Source: Oopsacas minuta
Lineage: Eukaryota > Animalia > Porifera
NCBI GenBank assembly: GCA_024704765.1
Contig: JAKMXF010000303.1
Coordinates: 391,897 to 455,896 of the forward strand
Direction: 5' to 3'
Length of the DNA stretch: 64,000 nt
A program made the position numbers and the translations under genes. Positions 37,701 through 52,700 of the stretch are shown in pieces (within the stretch, counting starts at the first letter, position 1; every line of letters starts with the position of its first letter). The notes beneath the pieces are model-generated. The model made no database searches and was not told where the DNA came from. It worked only from the letters and a program-made list of their open reading frames with translations.

Positions 37701-40700
37701 TCGGTAGGTTCTACTATGTCATCTTCTCTAACACTAAATACCGGAGTAGATGCGTTGTTTTGGCCAATAGAGAAATTAGCATACCCAGATATAGGGGTCA
37801 CATCTTGTGAAGGTGAGCTGATAGAAATGCTTTGAATCTATCGAGAGATTAGAATTGATAAACTATAATAGACTACTTAATACATATCAGGGCTATAGGA
37901 TTCATTAAAATAATGAATAGTTTATGAGTCAGTTCACAGAATAGCCTTGGATTCTTTAGAAGTGTTACTATAGGTAACATCAGTGGCGTAGCATGAGTGG
38001 GGCTGGTGGCTCGAAATTGTGGCGTATGATGTCATTACCTGGCGCAACGTGCCTGCGGAACTCTAACTCATTGGGTAGAAGCATGACCCAGAGGCCCGAG
38101 CTGCACTCCCAGTGTGTAGGCTGGAAATTTTATTATTCGTATGATATACGTAGTGAACATATCTACGTATTAAATATGAATTAGTATATAAGCCCAGAAA
38201 GTCGGTTAATTAGGATAATAACGTGTAATTCAAGGCGATGAAGTAGTTCATCACGAAGTGACGAGCCTTCTGACTTGTATACAATATTACATACAAATAA
38301 CTGAAATACCTGAGCTAGAGATAGAGCAGCATAATATACTCTAACATCTTGGAGAGCTAGAGATACACCCTCATTACCAGCTCCATCAGCTCCTATACTC
38401 ATAACAGCATTACTGTCAGCTACTATACCCCCAGACATGAGACTGGTACTGACTAGCAGTACACCCCTAAAGTATAACTTTGCCTCACGTGTTGGAGATG
38501 TCTGATGGACTACTGCTATATGAGACCAAGTGTCATTGAATGTGTCAACTGGTAATTCTGCCTCCACCGTATTAGTAGTAGTACTAGATGACGTCACAGT
38601 ATATTCATACTGCAGATAACTGGTAGATCCTGATACTCGCATCTTAATACCATAATATACTACAGATACGTCAGTACTATGTCTAGCCATGATGAAACCT
38701 GAAGTAGCACTACCTTTGATGAAAGCACTGAGCGTAAATCCTCCCATTATGTCTGCTGGAGAGGGTTGGTATTGAGAAGGTACCGTTAGGAGTGAGTCAG
38801 ATTGTCCAGAGAACAGATAAGCTAAGGTACCTGTATCAGACCTACTGGCGTATTGTGATACACCTGGACCTGTAATCCCGTAGAAGAACAGGTCTAGGAG
38901 AGGGGTTCCTCTCAACAGAGAGGGAGTCATCTCCCACACCAGCTCGGCAGCAGCTAGAGTACCTCCGTATTGAGACAAGTAGAGGACACGATCTCGTGAG
39001 GTGAGAGGAGCTCCGGGCAATAGGTCTTCCGGAATGTAAACATCCAAACTTTCCTCTGACCAGCCGTAAGCTCCATATGGATCATCATTCTCTGGGACTG
39101 TGAGTATACTCGTGAGATTATCAGCAGCACAGGAGGGCCCTGGATTGATGGGCGGGAACACAAATACCGGACAGTTAATAGAAATGTAGTACAAGTCCTC
39201 TAGCTCAGGGATACCATCATCTGATATAACAACAGTTACTGTAGTATTAGCACTACCATCTTGTATTATGACGTCACTAGAGAAAGACAAGTCCCCCATA
39301 CTAGCAGGCAGATCTGGGTGGTTTGTGGATACGAGTACTAAGCTAAGTGTAATAATCAGCTGACCGAATGTACCTCTTGTCCTTCTGATAACCAGATCTA
39401 TACTCTCCCCCTCATCTCCAGTCACGATAAGGGATTGTGGATGGAAGGATACTATACCGTTAGGATCATCATTAGGAGCTATATACACAGATACATTGTA
39501 GGGTCTATCCACTACACTATCCCCGGTAGCATCGTATAATACAAAATAGAATCGTTCCTCTATTTCAGGAGCGTTATCATCTTGAATACCAGTTGATACT
39601 GTCTTCTCTCTATCACCCGATTCAAACACAATCAAGAAATCGTTGTAAGGAATATAGTCCTGATTCTCCAAGGCTGAATCCTGAATAGTACTAAGTTTAA
39701 CAGTAGCCCTGTCCACTGCTTGACCTCCACGAGTAATAGTTACTTCAGCAGTAGAACCTTGTAACTCAGCTACATCCAGAGTTCTAGTAGTAAAAGTGAT
39801 CGGGTCATCATTAGCTGATATTAACAGCTGTGCCTATAAAAGTGTAAATATTATAACAGATAGATTGACTCATGCAGAGGGGGGGGGGGTAGGAAGCAAA
39901 TTATGAGTGGTGGAGGCACTATAGCTGACAATGTTAATATATTGAAATTATCAATGCCCCATTCGAGATATAAACATGAATATGTACCGTATTTCCCTGA
40001 ATAAGCGCAAGGGCGCTTATTCTTCTCATGGCCATTTTTTCTTATAATTTTTTACAATTTTTGAAAATACGAATGATTTGGGAATCTAATTATCCTAATT
40101 TGAAAGTGGTGGGTCATGTACCACCTCCTACAACTGTCATGATATATTCTCCAAAGCCAATTAATCCATAGTATCATTGTATAACATTATCGTAAACATA
40201 CTTGAGCCCTGTCTAGCTGGATGTCTGCTCCCCCTGTGGGAGAGGACAGCTGGAGAATCAGAACCTCTACATCTTCAGGTATATCATCTGGTAGGATAAA
40301 TACACTAAAATCAGCATAATCCTCTCCCTCAGAGAACTGTAGTGTACCAAAAGTAGGAGTGACGTCATTACCAGCATTGAAAGAAGAGAAACTCCAATAA
40401 ACACTCACATTACCAAATGTGCCTCTATCTCTGTTAACGCGAAACTGCACTGTATTATACTGAGAATTGTCAGTGACACTGGGATCTGTCTCAGAAGCAG
40501 ATACAGTTATATCTTCGAATTGGAATACACCATAAGGATAGTCATTCTCAAGTATCGTGATAGCTGCCTGTGTAGGTTCAACAAGGATTGCATTCTGTGT
40601 TACCTGGAATAGTTAAAGGATATTATCAATAGTTAAATATTACCAACTTGTAGTTATGTTGCATACAGTCAAATCCTGTTATTAACCGAGTACATATGTG

Positions 40701-43700
40701 ACTACAGGTTCCGTATTATGAACTTTCAGGGGACCAAGAATTGTGTTCATAATCCAAATACTTCATAATAAGTGCACTCACCAAAATACGAATCCTAAGT
40801 GAATTGTTTCTAAAGGGTCATAGGGTTATTCACAATGAAAAAATGGTAATAATAATCAGGCCTGACTGTATCCAGTAGAATAATGAAAGATGAATGAACT
40901 TACTTGAGATATCGTGAGATTGAAATATTCCTCCAGTTCTGATAAATCGTCATCAAATGGAGTAATGATAAACTCTTTAGTAGCCTCGTTAGCACTGATA
41001 ATCTCAAACCCAGAATAATAGAAATCTCTAGGACCATTAGATGTTATCATATAGCTAACAATTTCATTGGTGAGCAGTGCTCCTGTCCTCATAAGGGTGA
41101 GTATAATGACGTCATTAGTTGTTTCAGAGACAACATAAGGTCCCACTGAATCAGGAGATAGACTTATAGTGCCTCCGGGTGTATCACTAGCTATTATTGT
41201 TACGAAACTACTAGAGCTAGCTCCGTTAATCTGCTGGTTCTGTTCACCAGATGCTATCAGGGTTACTACAAATGTTTCTTCTAACTCAGGAATATCATCA
41301 GCTGTTACTAGAATCGTAAGATTTGTACTATTCTCTCCTTCAGCTAATATTATCGTATCAAACAGGTTCTGTGATAAATCATCTTCACTGAAGGTGTCAG
41401 CAGCTGTAGCTTTAACTATGACATAGGATATGGTAGCCTGTCCAGCTGATCCGTCTCTCTCAATTGTCAGGTTTACCTACATAATACAACATATAGAATC
41501 ATAGCATAGACAGTAACCCTGCTTGTGAGTATAGAGAAACAAGAGCTAGTCTGGAACAGTCGTTGCAGGTGTTGCAGTAATTCCATATTGCGCAACACTA
41601 GAATATCATTCTATATTTCCAAAAGTTCATTATTGTAAACCGCCTTAAGTAGATTTACTATTGTTAGAAATTCCCTCTAATGGGAATTCTTCATGTTATT
41701 AACGACTTAAAATTATTACACTACACTACTCAATATTTGATTATTTAATTATCTAAATATTCATAAATATTCATAAATGTGTTCCTTCATTCCTTTGTGT
41801 CCTTATATCGTGCATATCAATAAACACAATAATTAAGGAAGAGATTCCATCTATAACCCAGGTGTTAACATTAATATCCACAGCATAATAAATAGTAAAT
41901 TTAGCTTATCTAAACTTCTTTAGAGGATTCTACACTGAGTTGTTCAGATAACAAACTGCATTAGTATCCCATTAAGTTGACAGTTAACAAAGTATTAAAT
42001 TCTTATAATAGTGCAGATAGGTAAGTATGTAAAATTTGAATGACTCTTAATAACAGGAGAATTAAGGTGCCCAAACCTGTATATAATATACCGTATTTGT
42101 TTGAATGCTCCTAGCGCTTGGCAAACAAGGCTCCAATACTTGTAAACAAAGATTGAGACAAAATTTATCACCACATTCTAGAAAAATTTTCTTGAAGAAA
42201 TTTACGTCTCATCTGGCTATGCACCAAATCAGGGTAATAAGTTTCCCAAAATCACTTGTAATTCAATAATTGTAAAAATACAATTTTGAACATACAAATT
42301 ATATTGAGCGTATGCCCAATATAATTCGGAAAATAAAGAATAAATTTCACTTCTGAATGGACACTGAATATATTTATACAACACACACAGTAAAATACGA
42401 TTCAAAAATTTATAGATCCGAGGGCCCCAGATTTCCTACCACTGGTGTAGAAGAATGCGATGACGAAAACTAGAATTAATTCTTAAAATGCAAGGAGGAT
42501 CTATGATACTTACGGTGAGTAATTTAAATCTACTTAATTAACTATAATACACTGGTACAAATATTTAATCAAGATGCTGGTATGCTACGTGATAGTACAA
42601 TTACACACCAGTTAAAAGCTGGGTAGGGACGTCCCTGTAATACTACTTATCAATGCAAATTAATTTAAAATAAATCACTTACAGTGGTGGGCTGGGTAGA
42701 AGTTCCCTCATCTATTGATAAAAGTCTTGATGCCTCTGTGAATCCGATCCTACCGTTGATAGCCTCCTCAGGTATTGGGATCAATAGTTTATCTCGTGGC
42801 CCGATGGATGGGCTAGAGGGAGGCTCAATTAGCAACGGGATAGCACTAGTTCTAACAATATCGACAGATTGTATAGTAGCATAGAATCTTCCTAGAGCTT
42901 CTAAAAATGCGTTGTCAGCAATGGTGAGATCGATGCTAGTCATGTTAACCCCTTCCTAAAGCAAGATATCATATTATTAGCTGGTAGAGATATGGGAATA
43001 GTACAACCAGCTACCCATCAGACCTGATACAGATATGATAGCCAGATTATACATTAGTACTTAACTCACTTGAATGACAGTGAATCCAGGTGAAGTGACG
43101 TAATCAAGTAACTGATTGCCTATATCACCACCAGCTGGTACATACGTCACGTTATAGTTTATAATAATGTTGAACTCTAACCCCTGGGTCCTAATCAACT
43201 GTAGAGTAAGAGTCCGTGGGTTCAGAGTTATAGTGTGTCCTACTTCTCCCCATTCAAACAAACCATATGCATTGTCACTATCCCGTACTATGAAATTCTC
43301 AGATAATTCAGTATCAGCTAATCTACCGATGTTAGAAGTAACAGAGATTAGCTGTACTGTGAAATACTCTGCTGATTCAGGAATACCGTCTGCTACTACT
43401 GGTATAAGTAGATCTCCTTGCGTCTGTCCGTCTGAGATAGAGCTTGTTCCAGGAGTGTATATATCGTCTACTGCTGAGGAGGAGTTACTGAGTCGATGTG
43501 TTACCTGAGGAATATAAGAGTATTTATAGATATTAACGTAAGCAATAAATAATATAACGTATGCTACATGTCATTGCTAAGACAGCGTTAAATGCATCAA
43601 TTATTTTCACGAGTCTTGTAATTCCATGGCAAGACATTGTGAATGATAGAATTATAGTTTATAGAGTAATGCAATGCTTAGCTTAACTGTGAAATAATAT

Positions 43701-46700
43701 ACAATTTGAAGTCATTACCTAATTTGAGCAAATAGCTAATTAGCAAACAGAGGGAGGCACTTTAGTGATGAGATATTTGTGTGTACAGAGAATGTGTATG
43801 AATCTATACGTATACATGTAAGATTATCTCGGATTAGCCTTGAGCTCCGCCCAAAGATATGATGAATAAAGATTGCCTGGGGGGGGTGTTTACAGATATC
43901 ATACTTTTTTCTTTTCTCTTTACAAAATTCTATACACAAGTGTCCTATTTCAGCAAAATTTGGCTACAGAAGAGGCTTTGTTTTGCCTGATATGTATTAT
44001 CAATTAAATGTAGGCAGTAAAAGATTTCACTAATTGATTTAGAAATATTTTGAGGAATCAATCCCTATTTGATTTTTGTGTATTCATAGAGTTAATTATC
44101 TATAGTAATGTGAATATTTAAAAAATATTCTAACTAATAATAATACATAGCAAAAAGCATCCACAAAGCAATATTGATCCAATGAATTGTGTGGCTTATC
44201 GTGAATAATCTTTCTGTTAATTTAAGGCCAAGGTGTTCAGTATCAGGAATATACAGTGAAATGTTTGTATTACTGAGGATATAACAGTATTACAGGTTAC
44301 CTATTCATAGGAGAACATGCAGGATCCCTAAATGGACTGTACGGAAAATTATAATTAATTCATAATTAATCAATTGAAGATTATCAGTTAATGCAATATT
44401 TAAGGTTAATATATTCAGATCAATAAGGTAACTAATGAACAGATAACAAGACAGAATCTATCACTGATATAATTGACGTTCGTCTACCGATGATTTAATT
44501 CCATTCAATAAGAAGGTTTCTGATCTCACATAATCGTAGGATACAGAATTAAACGGCCATTTATTGTGTTATGAATTATTAAATTTACTTTCTTATTGAA
44601 TTCTTTGAAGCTAGAAAAATACAGAAATAAGCAATGCTTATGATGGGTTTCCAATCGGTCACTGGTATTGGGATAGATTGGTGTTGCTAAGAACTATATG
44701 TCAACAAAGCATGTAAATAGATAATAACAACAAACAAATCAGGGAAAGATTAATCGATAACAAGAGATATCGAGGTCTCACATTCAAAGCTAGTAAATAA
44801 ACTTAATTACTCCATTTCGGATGGGCATCAGCCCGGAAACACATATAAAAGATAGAAATTTGTATGTTCACTAATGACTAAAAATTTACTTAGATGTCTT
44901 ACAAATATACTGATATATCGTAAAAAATTCACAGTAAGAAAAGTGTCTGGATTTTTGCTGTAGGAAACACGAAATATAGAGATAATATTAGAAATTATTT
45001 TGATTCCTAGAAATTTCAATTTACTAAATTAGTTAATTTAGTCGAAGTATTTCTGTTATTAATTAGATTAATTAGCTAAATATTAAACAAAAAATAAGTT
45101 AGAATTGCAAACTAATATTTCAAATTGAAAATAATAAATTGTTTATTAAAAGCAATCGATGTAATTGCAAGGAATAACAAAGAAACTGATATGCAACGAA
45201 TGTGTATGCTGATGCATAAAACTAATTCAAATAAATAGTAAATTTCATGCTTGAAGCGACAAAAAATTCATATTCTCATTTACAGTAGACCCTCACTAAT
45301 CTGAACCTCGTTAATCCAAAACCTCGATAATTCGAACAGGAAATTCAAGGGAATTTCGGATAAGATTTTATAAAAAAAAGTTAATGAGGAAGTTGATCAA
45401 TATAATCCTAATCTCAACCTCAGATAGGAATAATATTTTCCTCCTATCTCATTCTCAAAAAGGTGTCAATATCTTTCCTAAGATTTGGTTTCGACTTTTA
45501 TACATCGTTCAAAAATTGATTTGAACCTACAATAAGGTGCTTCATACCGGGCGGCTGCGAAAAGAGGGAAACACATTCGATCATATAGTGTTCATACAAA
45601 GGCACCCTAGCTTGTGACAAACAATAATCTAATATGGAATATACAGTCTTCAGGAGGACAAGAAACTTTCGGGATATTTAAACAGAATTTAGGGGTTCTT
45701 CCAAAATTAAAAATTTGTCTTGTCTCTAACATTATTCAAATATCTACTAGCATTTACATTAAATTTGACAGCGCCAATGAATATACGGTCGATATACAGT
45801 ATTCAAGATTTAGGTGGAATTTCCTTCTGCCACTTTTAGAAATAAATATAGTGATCATAACTTTTAGACTCATTTCGTTGCTATTACTGCTGCATCCAAG
45901 TAGAAAAGGCTTTGGGCTTTGACAACAGAAACAGATGTATCAGTATATTCGTATTCAGAATACTTATAACTTATATTATCACAACCAATCAATCATTTTA
46001 TATCGAGAAAGATCTAGCATCTCTCTAGTTGATATTAACAGGGACATAATTAAAACACATGGATAGTGCATGTAAATTAATCAAGGTACAGTACAGGTGC
46101 GATTTCAGTGCTAGTGTACTTAGACTTGTCTCTACTTCACTGGACTTTTGATAGCAATTAATCAGAAATTGAATAAGTCCATTAAAGAAGAATGTGTTAA
46201 AGCCAGAATAGCAGACTAGACAGTAAACTATACACATAAGTCAACTAGAGATTGTTACAATATACTACAAAGTAGGTGAAGCCACACGGATGGATATATC
46301 GTAATTTTGAGCAGACTGTATTTGTCTCCTCATAGAAATAGAACAGGTGGGACATATTTAGGAGAAGGAAGTTATCCATCCTGACGACAAATTAGATCAC
46401 ACATATGTTATTAATTATTGACGCGGTTGCAAATATTAGCGTATTAGTTGGAACACATATGCAGATAATAAAGTACTTGAATAATATAACTATTCATCTG
46501 TTTGCAATTACTATGGCTACTTCAAGCAGAATACATATCAATTTTTATGAGGAGGATCATATGGCATGAAGATAATATTAAATCATACAAAATCTCACCT
46601 CCCAGTCTACAGTGACAACACCAACAGTGCTCTCTGACCGAGTTAGAGTAAGACGAACATTCTCTCCTTCCATCGCTATAACATCTTCAGTATCTATGAT

Positions 46701-49700
46701 ACTGACAACACCACCCGCTCCATCATTGCCTAATATGGTAATATCTACTGTAGAGGAGAACAGATGGATATCAGAACTAGGATTGCTTAGTGTTAATTGA
46801 AATATCTCATCATCTTCTGGGATAGTATCTTCGAGTATAGTTACCTCTATGTTGCATGAGTTGGTGTTCTCTTGGAGAGTTTTTGAAGAGCCTATTTAGC
46901 AGTGATGTAATTAAATAATCATAGAGACCCAATATTCACACAAAGGCAATGGCAATAACTTTTTTCTTAGACCAGGGATTGGTTAAACGAGTTTGGGATT
47001 GTTATGCTGGAGTGTATATCTCAAAAACAATGCACTTTGGGACGTATTACATACTTCTAGAAATACATGTCATCATTCCATAAAAGCAAAATATTTGTCA
47101 AAATGTGACAAATTATATATTTTGTAATCAATAATTCAACGAATTATCAAAAATGCTCCATTTTTAAAGCATGTAAAACGTTAAATATTGATATTTGATT
47201 AAAATGTTGAAATACAAAATGTTCTAAAATCGTTTTTACACAAAAGTTGAAAATTTTGTCATGATAAAGTTTGCAAGTTTATGAGTTATAGCACATACCA
47301 TGGATAGTAAACGTTTTGCCAATATCCATTTATAACTCGATAATCATGGAAATTATTGTAAAATCAGGATAGCTATTATATAGAATACATCTGACGTCCC
47401 ATACCCTGATAATACATTTTGACATGATATCTCTGAAGATTATTGCGAAATGTTGAAAATGACTATATATGGGCATATTCAGGATTACGTCCATTGGTAT
47501 GAGTTATCATATCAAAACCAAAAATTCAGCATTGACATCAGAATGTGGAAATAAAATTATCAAAAGGAAATGTGTATATCAGGTCAGGCACTACGGTGGG
47601 TGTCCTGGGCATCCGGACACCCACAAGCTTTAATAAGCGGCGTATTATTGAACACTTATGCAATTTTTCATAAGAATAATACAAATACTTGTTCAGGATT
47701 TAATATCTCTTTGGCAAAATTTAACAATTGTGCTCACTAAATCCGTCACTGTCTAAGTTAGGGGTGGATCAGAATTACCAGGAAAAGTATCCCGAGGGGC
47801 AGGAGTTGACTGAATTTGTAAATAGGATAAATAAATCGAAGTAGGGATTTAGGATTAATGGAGGTAATCAGTTAATTGAAGTTCTATTAGAACAGACAGA
47901 CAGATACAAGCAAGTTAATCAGATTTGTATAATAATTACTACTAAATTAACTCAGTTAAATGACCAAGACTGGTGACTTATGGAATAAATAGATTAGCAG
48001 ACAATACTAAAATTGCTGTTGTACAACTTTATTATTACATCTTCCTCATAGGCAGATTAGTTACACAGAATAGCTGAGCTTTTTGGCTTTCGAAGCAGCT
48101 TTTTGATGATTAGTATAATGTCATAAGCAATAATGAAAGACAAAATAAGCACACTATTATCAAAGCTCAGTATATAATCTAATTAGTGAAAATGGCTTAG
48201 AATTAGTATAGGGCAGATGGTGCTACATAATTGTTGACCTCCTGTCTTCATATTTTAAACAGCGCGGGGGAAGTTCCATTTAATGAAGCAACAGTTGCTA
48301 CGTTCGTCCTATTGAAGGATGGACTATAAGCATGAATTGAAGATATACTTACAACGGCTGCATCTTATTTCTAATTACATGCATATCTACACCTGGGAAT
48401 GAAGAGCAATTAGCTCAGTCATAGCACTTGAGCTCCAAAAGATACCAGACATACTTACAAGATAATGCAGCCATTACAAATGTGAACGACTATATTCTAA
48501 GTAAGTTTTGAGCAGAGTAATGTACTTAGTATTACAGATGTCCCAGCAGTATATCAGTATATAGAGATGGTGTGAAAAAGTAAAGACGAGTAATGAAGAT
48601 ATAATAGATATGACTATACGTAATTAACTGTCAAATAATCTGTAAGATTGCAAGTGTCAATTTATAAGACAAACCTAATAGAGAACAATTATATGATTTC
48701 AGCAAACAGACGTTGTCAGGTAATATCAACATTATTGGAATTCTCCCTGAAGCACCAAGAAAGGTAATTGTTCTATGCATTCGTGTGTGTTTAAACCAGG
48801 ATACTGGATTAACATTTCAAGAGCACATTGGATGACGTCATTAGCTACATAGAGCTGCAGCCAGTACTATAAATAAAGGCTACTAACCAGAGACAAACAA
48901 AAAAGAATCAGTAAATTTGATAATAATCAATAATGGAATTGCAAGAAAGGACAAAAGTAAATATACGGCTTGGGAAATTAAATCTAAAGCAGAATCCTGC
49001 AAGAATTAGGATTCGCACAAAAAGGAGGTTATTACGAGACGCATACCAATCTCTAAGAGAAGCGCTAGACATTTCACAAGATGCACACCATCTATCCAAC
49101 ACAGAAATACTCTATCTAGCTATGGACAGGATAAAACTACTCAATCTCTGTTTACAGATTTCATATCAGAACAGCAATCACATGCTAGAGAACTTCGGTT
49201 CAGGCTGAGGGGGGAGGAGGAAATCAATCCAACACTCAAGTGCATAGTGGATAGAGCAGAGCAGAAGTGGTCAGTTGAATAGCAGATTGTGTTTAAGAGA
49301 TTCTATCAATGCTCATGCTTCCTACTATCATTGTTTTACCATTATATGTATATTAAATAATTTAATATTACAAACATGAACATCCGAAATAGTAGCAAAT
49401 ATTTAGACAGAGAGATAGAATTATATTTTAAGGAAAAAGTATATTCAGTAGACCTTCGCTCGCAAATCCGAATAGGGCATACAGCTGATACAATTTGGAA
49501 AAGGTCAAATGTTCAAGAAGACGTAATTGCATCCAATTTTTACTGCCGATTAATATAATGCTATATTTGACAAGATTACAGCATTTTCATCGTATACGTA
49601 TAAAACATGCGGAAATATGACTCACAGATCCTGTAAATATAATAAATTCTATTCAATACACCAAACGATATTGTATTTAATTTGTACCGGGTTGTTCGGA

Positions 49701-52700
49701 TATCAGCGAGGGTCTAAAAAAACGGATTCTGCTAATATAATTAATATAAATTTATGAATAATTTGGGAGTTTAAATGTATAGTAAATTTATATAATCATC
49801 AAATTGTCAACCAGCTGGTCAGTTGCTAGATACCTATTATATAGTTACAATTTAGTAAATAAGTCAGAGATTCTCTTCTCAAAATATCAATAATGTGTCA
49901 AAGGGAAGGTGAATAAAGTACTCCCAAATGCGACCAATGTAGCTGCACACATGATAGGATATCTGGCCTAATAGTTTAGAACGAATATGTACACACCTAA
50001 AATAATTACATATAAGCACACCATATATAGATTATGATCGCATTAAAAGAGATTATTTCACTAATTGGGAACTGTTTCTTTTGTGTCCGGCTATTAATAC
50101 GTATGTCAATGTCAGTACTCAGTATCTCTCACAGGATTAGTAAATACACCTAGAATAATCTTCATGGAAAGCTCAGGAGTTTAACACGTTTGAATAGTTT
50201 AAAATGGTAAGCGCATATTAAGACGTTACACGAGTTACGAAGAACACTGCATATTCGGAATAAAGGACAAAATGAATGAAACATTTGTGATTACTTCCCA
50301 TATTATTAGGTAATAAGTGGAGGGAATCTAACCAATACCCATGAACCAGATGCTGTACAGGTTCTTTACCTACTGATAGGACCTAGCAAGTGAAGCGTTC
50401 GCATACCACCCTCTACTCTTGTAGCGTTAAGTAAAGTTTGAACGGCACTGAAGTAGGAATCTTAACTAATTTGATAAAATTTACCCCCTACTAGAATATC
50501 GCTTCAAAATACATCATCCAAAAACAAGGAATAACAGAAAGCTCCCGGAAAAAGCCCAAGAATTATAGACACTAATCCGTAGGTAGAATGTCACTCTCTA
50601 TTATAATAGTGTAAAAATCCACAAATACAACACGCAACGCCATGCTATTAACTAATTCGATAGAATTCCTTCGCCCATCACAATATCGCGTTAAAATATT
50701 GAGTCAATTCCTTCTTAGGTTTTGGGTTAAATTTCGAAATTATATTAAATACCTTTGATTATAAAGAGCCAGGAATCCAATCTTGAGGTCATTTGTTATG
50801 ATCTTGTAAATGCATTTCTATTTGCCATGTTTTTGTTGGATATTCATCAAATGATCCAGTTGTTATAATGGCTGCTAGAATGCGAGAAAGCCATTTCTTG
50901 CATTCTAACAGCGATTGTTTGTCAATGCGATGCTAATTAGTTAACAATATAATTTTTTCCTTGTATGAGTAGTTAGACATACGGTAACATATATTTTATT
51001 GAATCATGCTTATCCTAACGCTTGTTGAGGTGGTACACATTGGAAACATTGTGTGAAGATATGATTTATGGTTTAAACTTTAAAGTAAATTTATTGTATG
51101 TAAGATTCAATCATAGGCTCCTAGGATCCATATGCAACCAAGATTAACAAAACTGGAAGAAACCTAGTTAAAGTGTCCAGCAGATTGTCAAGATTAAGGA
51201 TTATGTAAACACAATTAGTAAAGAGATTCTCAGAATAATGTATCACAGACACAGAATGTAGTTATTCAAGATTGAAATGCTTTTAGATTCATCAATTATT
51301 GTGTAATCTAAGCCTTCCTAAAGTACCTCTAACAATTGCTAATAGCTTTAGCAGATAATGGATTAGTTAGCTGCTTAATTGTTATAATTATATTTATCAT
51401 ATAAGTTTATGAAAACATATCTATGGATGTGTGAGATGACAATAATACCTAATTAAACAATAGGTAATTTTAATTATAAATTATAATATATTAGCGCTAA
51501 AACTTATCCATCTGGTTGCAATCTTCTGGAATATTCCTTTAGAAACCCCCAGCAGGAAAAATACGCACCTATTGGTAGATTATTCTAATGCTCTAATAAA
51601 AATATTAAAAATAGGGTAATAAATTGAGTTTGTAAAGCATCGCGTACAGTTAGAAGTAGGGCAGATGCCTCCCAGAAATTTCATTTAGTACGCTCAGTCA
51701 TCCCTTAAATTCTTCTGTACAGGAAAATAATTACTCTGGATGATAATATTAGAAACTCAAATTCAAAATGACGTATTTCAACCTAGAGAAAATAAGTATT
51801 TACAAATATATCTTCATATTCACAAATTTCGTAAATAAATTCTAATCTCTGGAGTCTATATCAAAAATATAATATTAAATATATTAAGAAGCTTGACGTC
51901 AATAATTAGCCGTTGAACGTACAGTAGAGTACACCCTCGATTATCCGAATAACAGGAAGTATATGTAGTTTATGAAAATAGTCCAAATTTCATTTGAGAT
52001 CAGAGCTTCAAACTACTTTAGTACTTTTGGTTTTCGAACGATGTGGCGATGTTAGGCTCATATTGGTATACATATGCAGTAAATATTCAAAATTAAACAA
52101 ATCCCATTTTTCGTATATCCCCAAGCAGTGAATTTCATACATAGAAATACACAAATAAGTTATTCTAATAATTTCACTTATCCAAACACCATACATGAAA
52201 TTCAAAGAGGAAAGTGTTCGGATAATCGAGGGAAAATTGTACTAATAATAACTACAGGGTGGACCAAAAAACAGAACCCTAACGTTTAGATTCGAATGTG
52301 GATAATATTTAGAAGAGATAAACAAAAACTTTATAGAGCTTAAATAGTATACAAGACGAATACAAGCCATTATTATCCTATATGTTGAAAGTCTACGAGG
52401 ATTAGAGCTGATGTTCGAGATGACCACTATAATGATTTTTCCATTAAAAATATTTTTTAGTGCAGAATTTTAGGAAGAATAGTATATTCTTCAGGATTAA
52501 GAATAGTATATTCTTCAGGATTAAGAATAGTATATTCTTCAGGATTAAGAATAGTATATTCTTCAGGATTAAGAATAGTATATTCTTCAGGATTATTGCT
52601 CCCTAAATGACTTGTACGGTCTTCAGACTTACTATTTGGATTTTTAACAGTCCTCTCAGTATGAAATTCTGAATTGACTTTGTTTCCCAAGTATCGCTTG

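Noticed and set aside
14988-40367. Additional TGACGTCA octamers at 14988, 38589, 39269 and 40360
   Set aside because: All lie in ADGRV1 coding exons and are explained by codon content.
43505-46598. Possible hidden nested gene in 3.1-kb intron 5 (ORFs 45614-45922, 46025-46237)
   Set aside because: No motif or spliceable coding frame was found by eye; a weak gene cannot be fully excluded without RNA data.
52477-52595. CRISPR-like array (also the repeats at 5900-5965)
   Set aside because: The units are contiguous with no unique spacers, there are no cas genes, and the context is eukaryotic.
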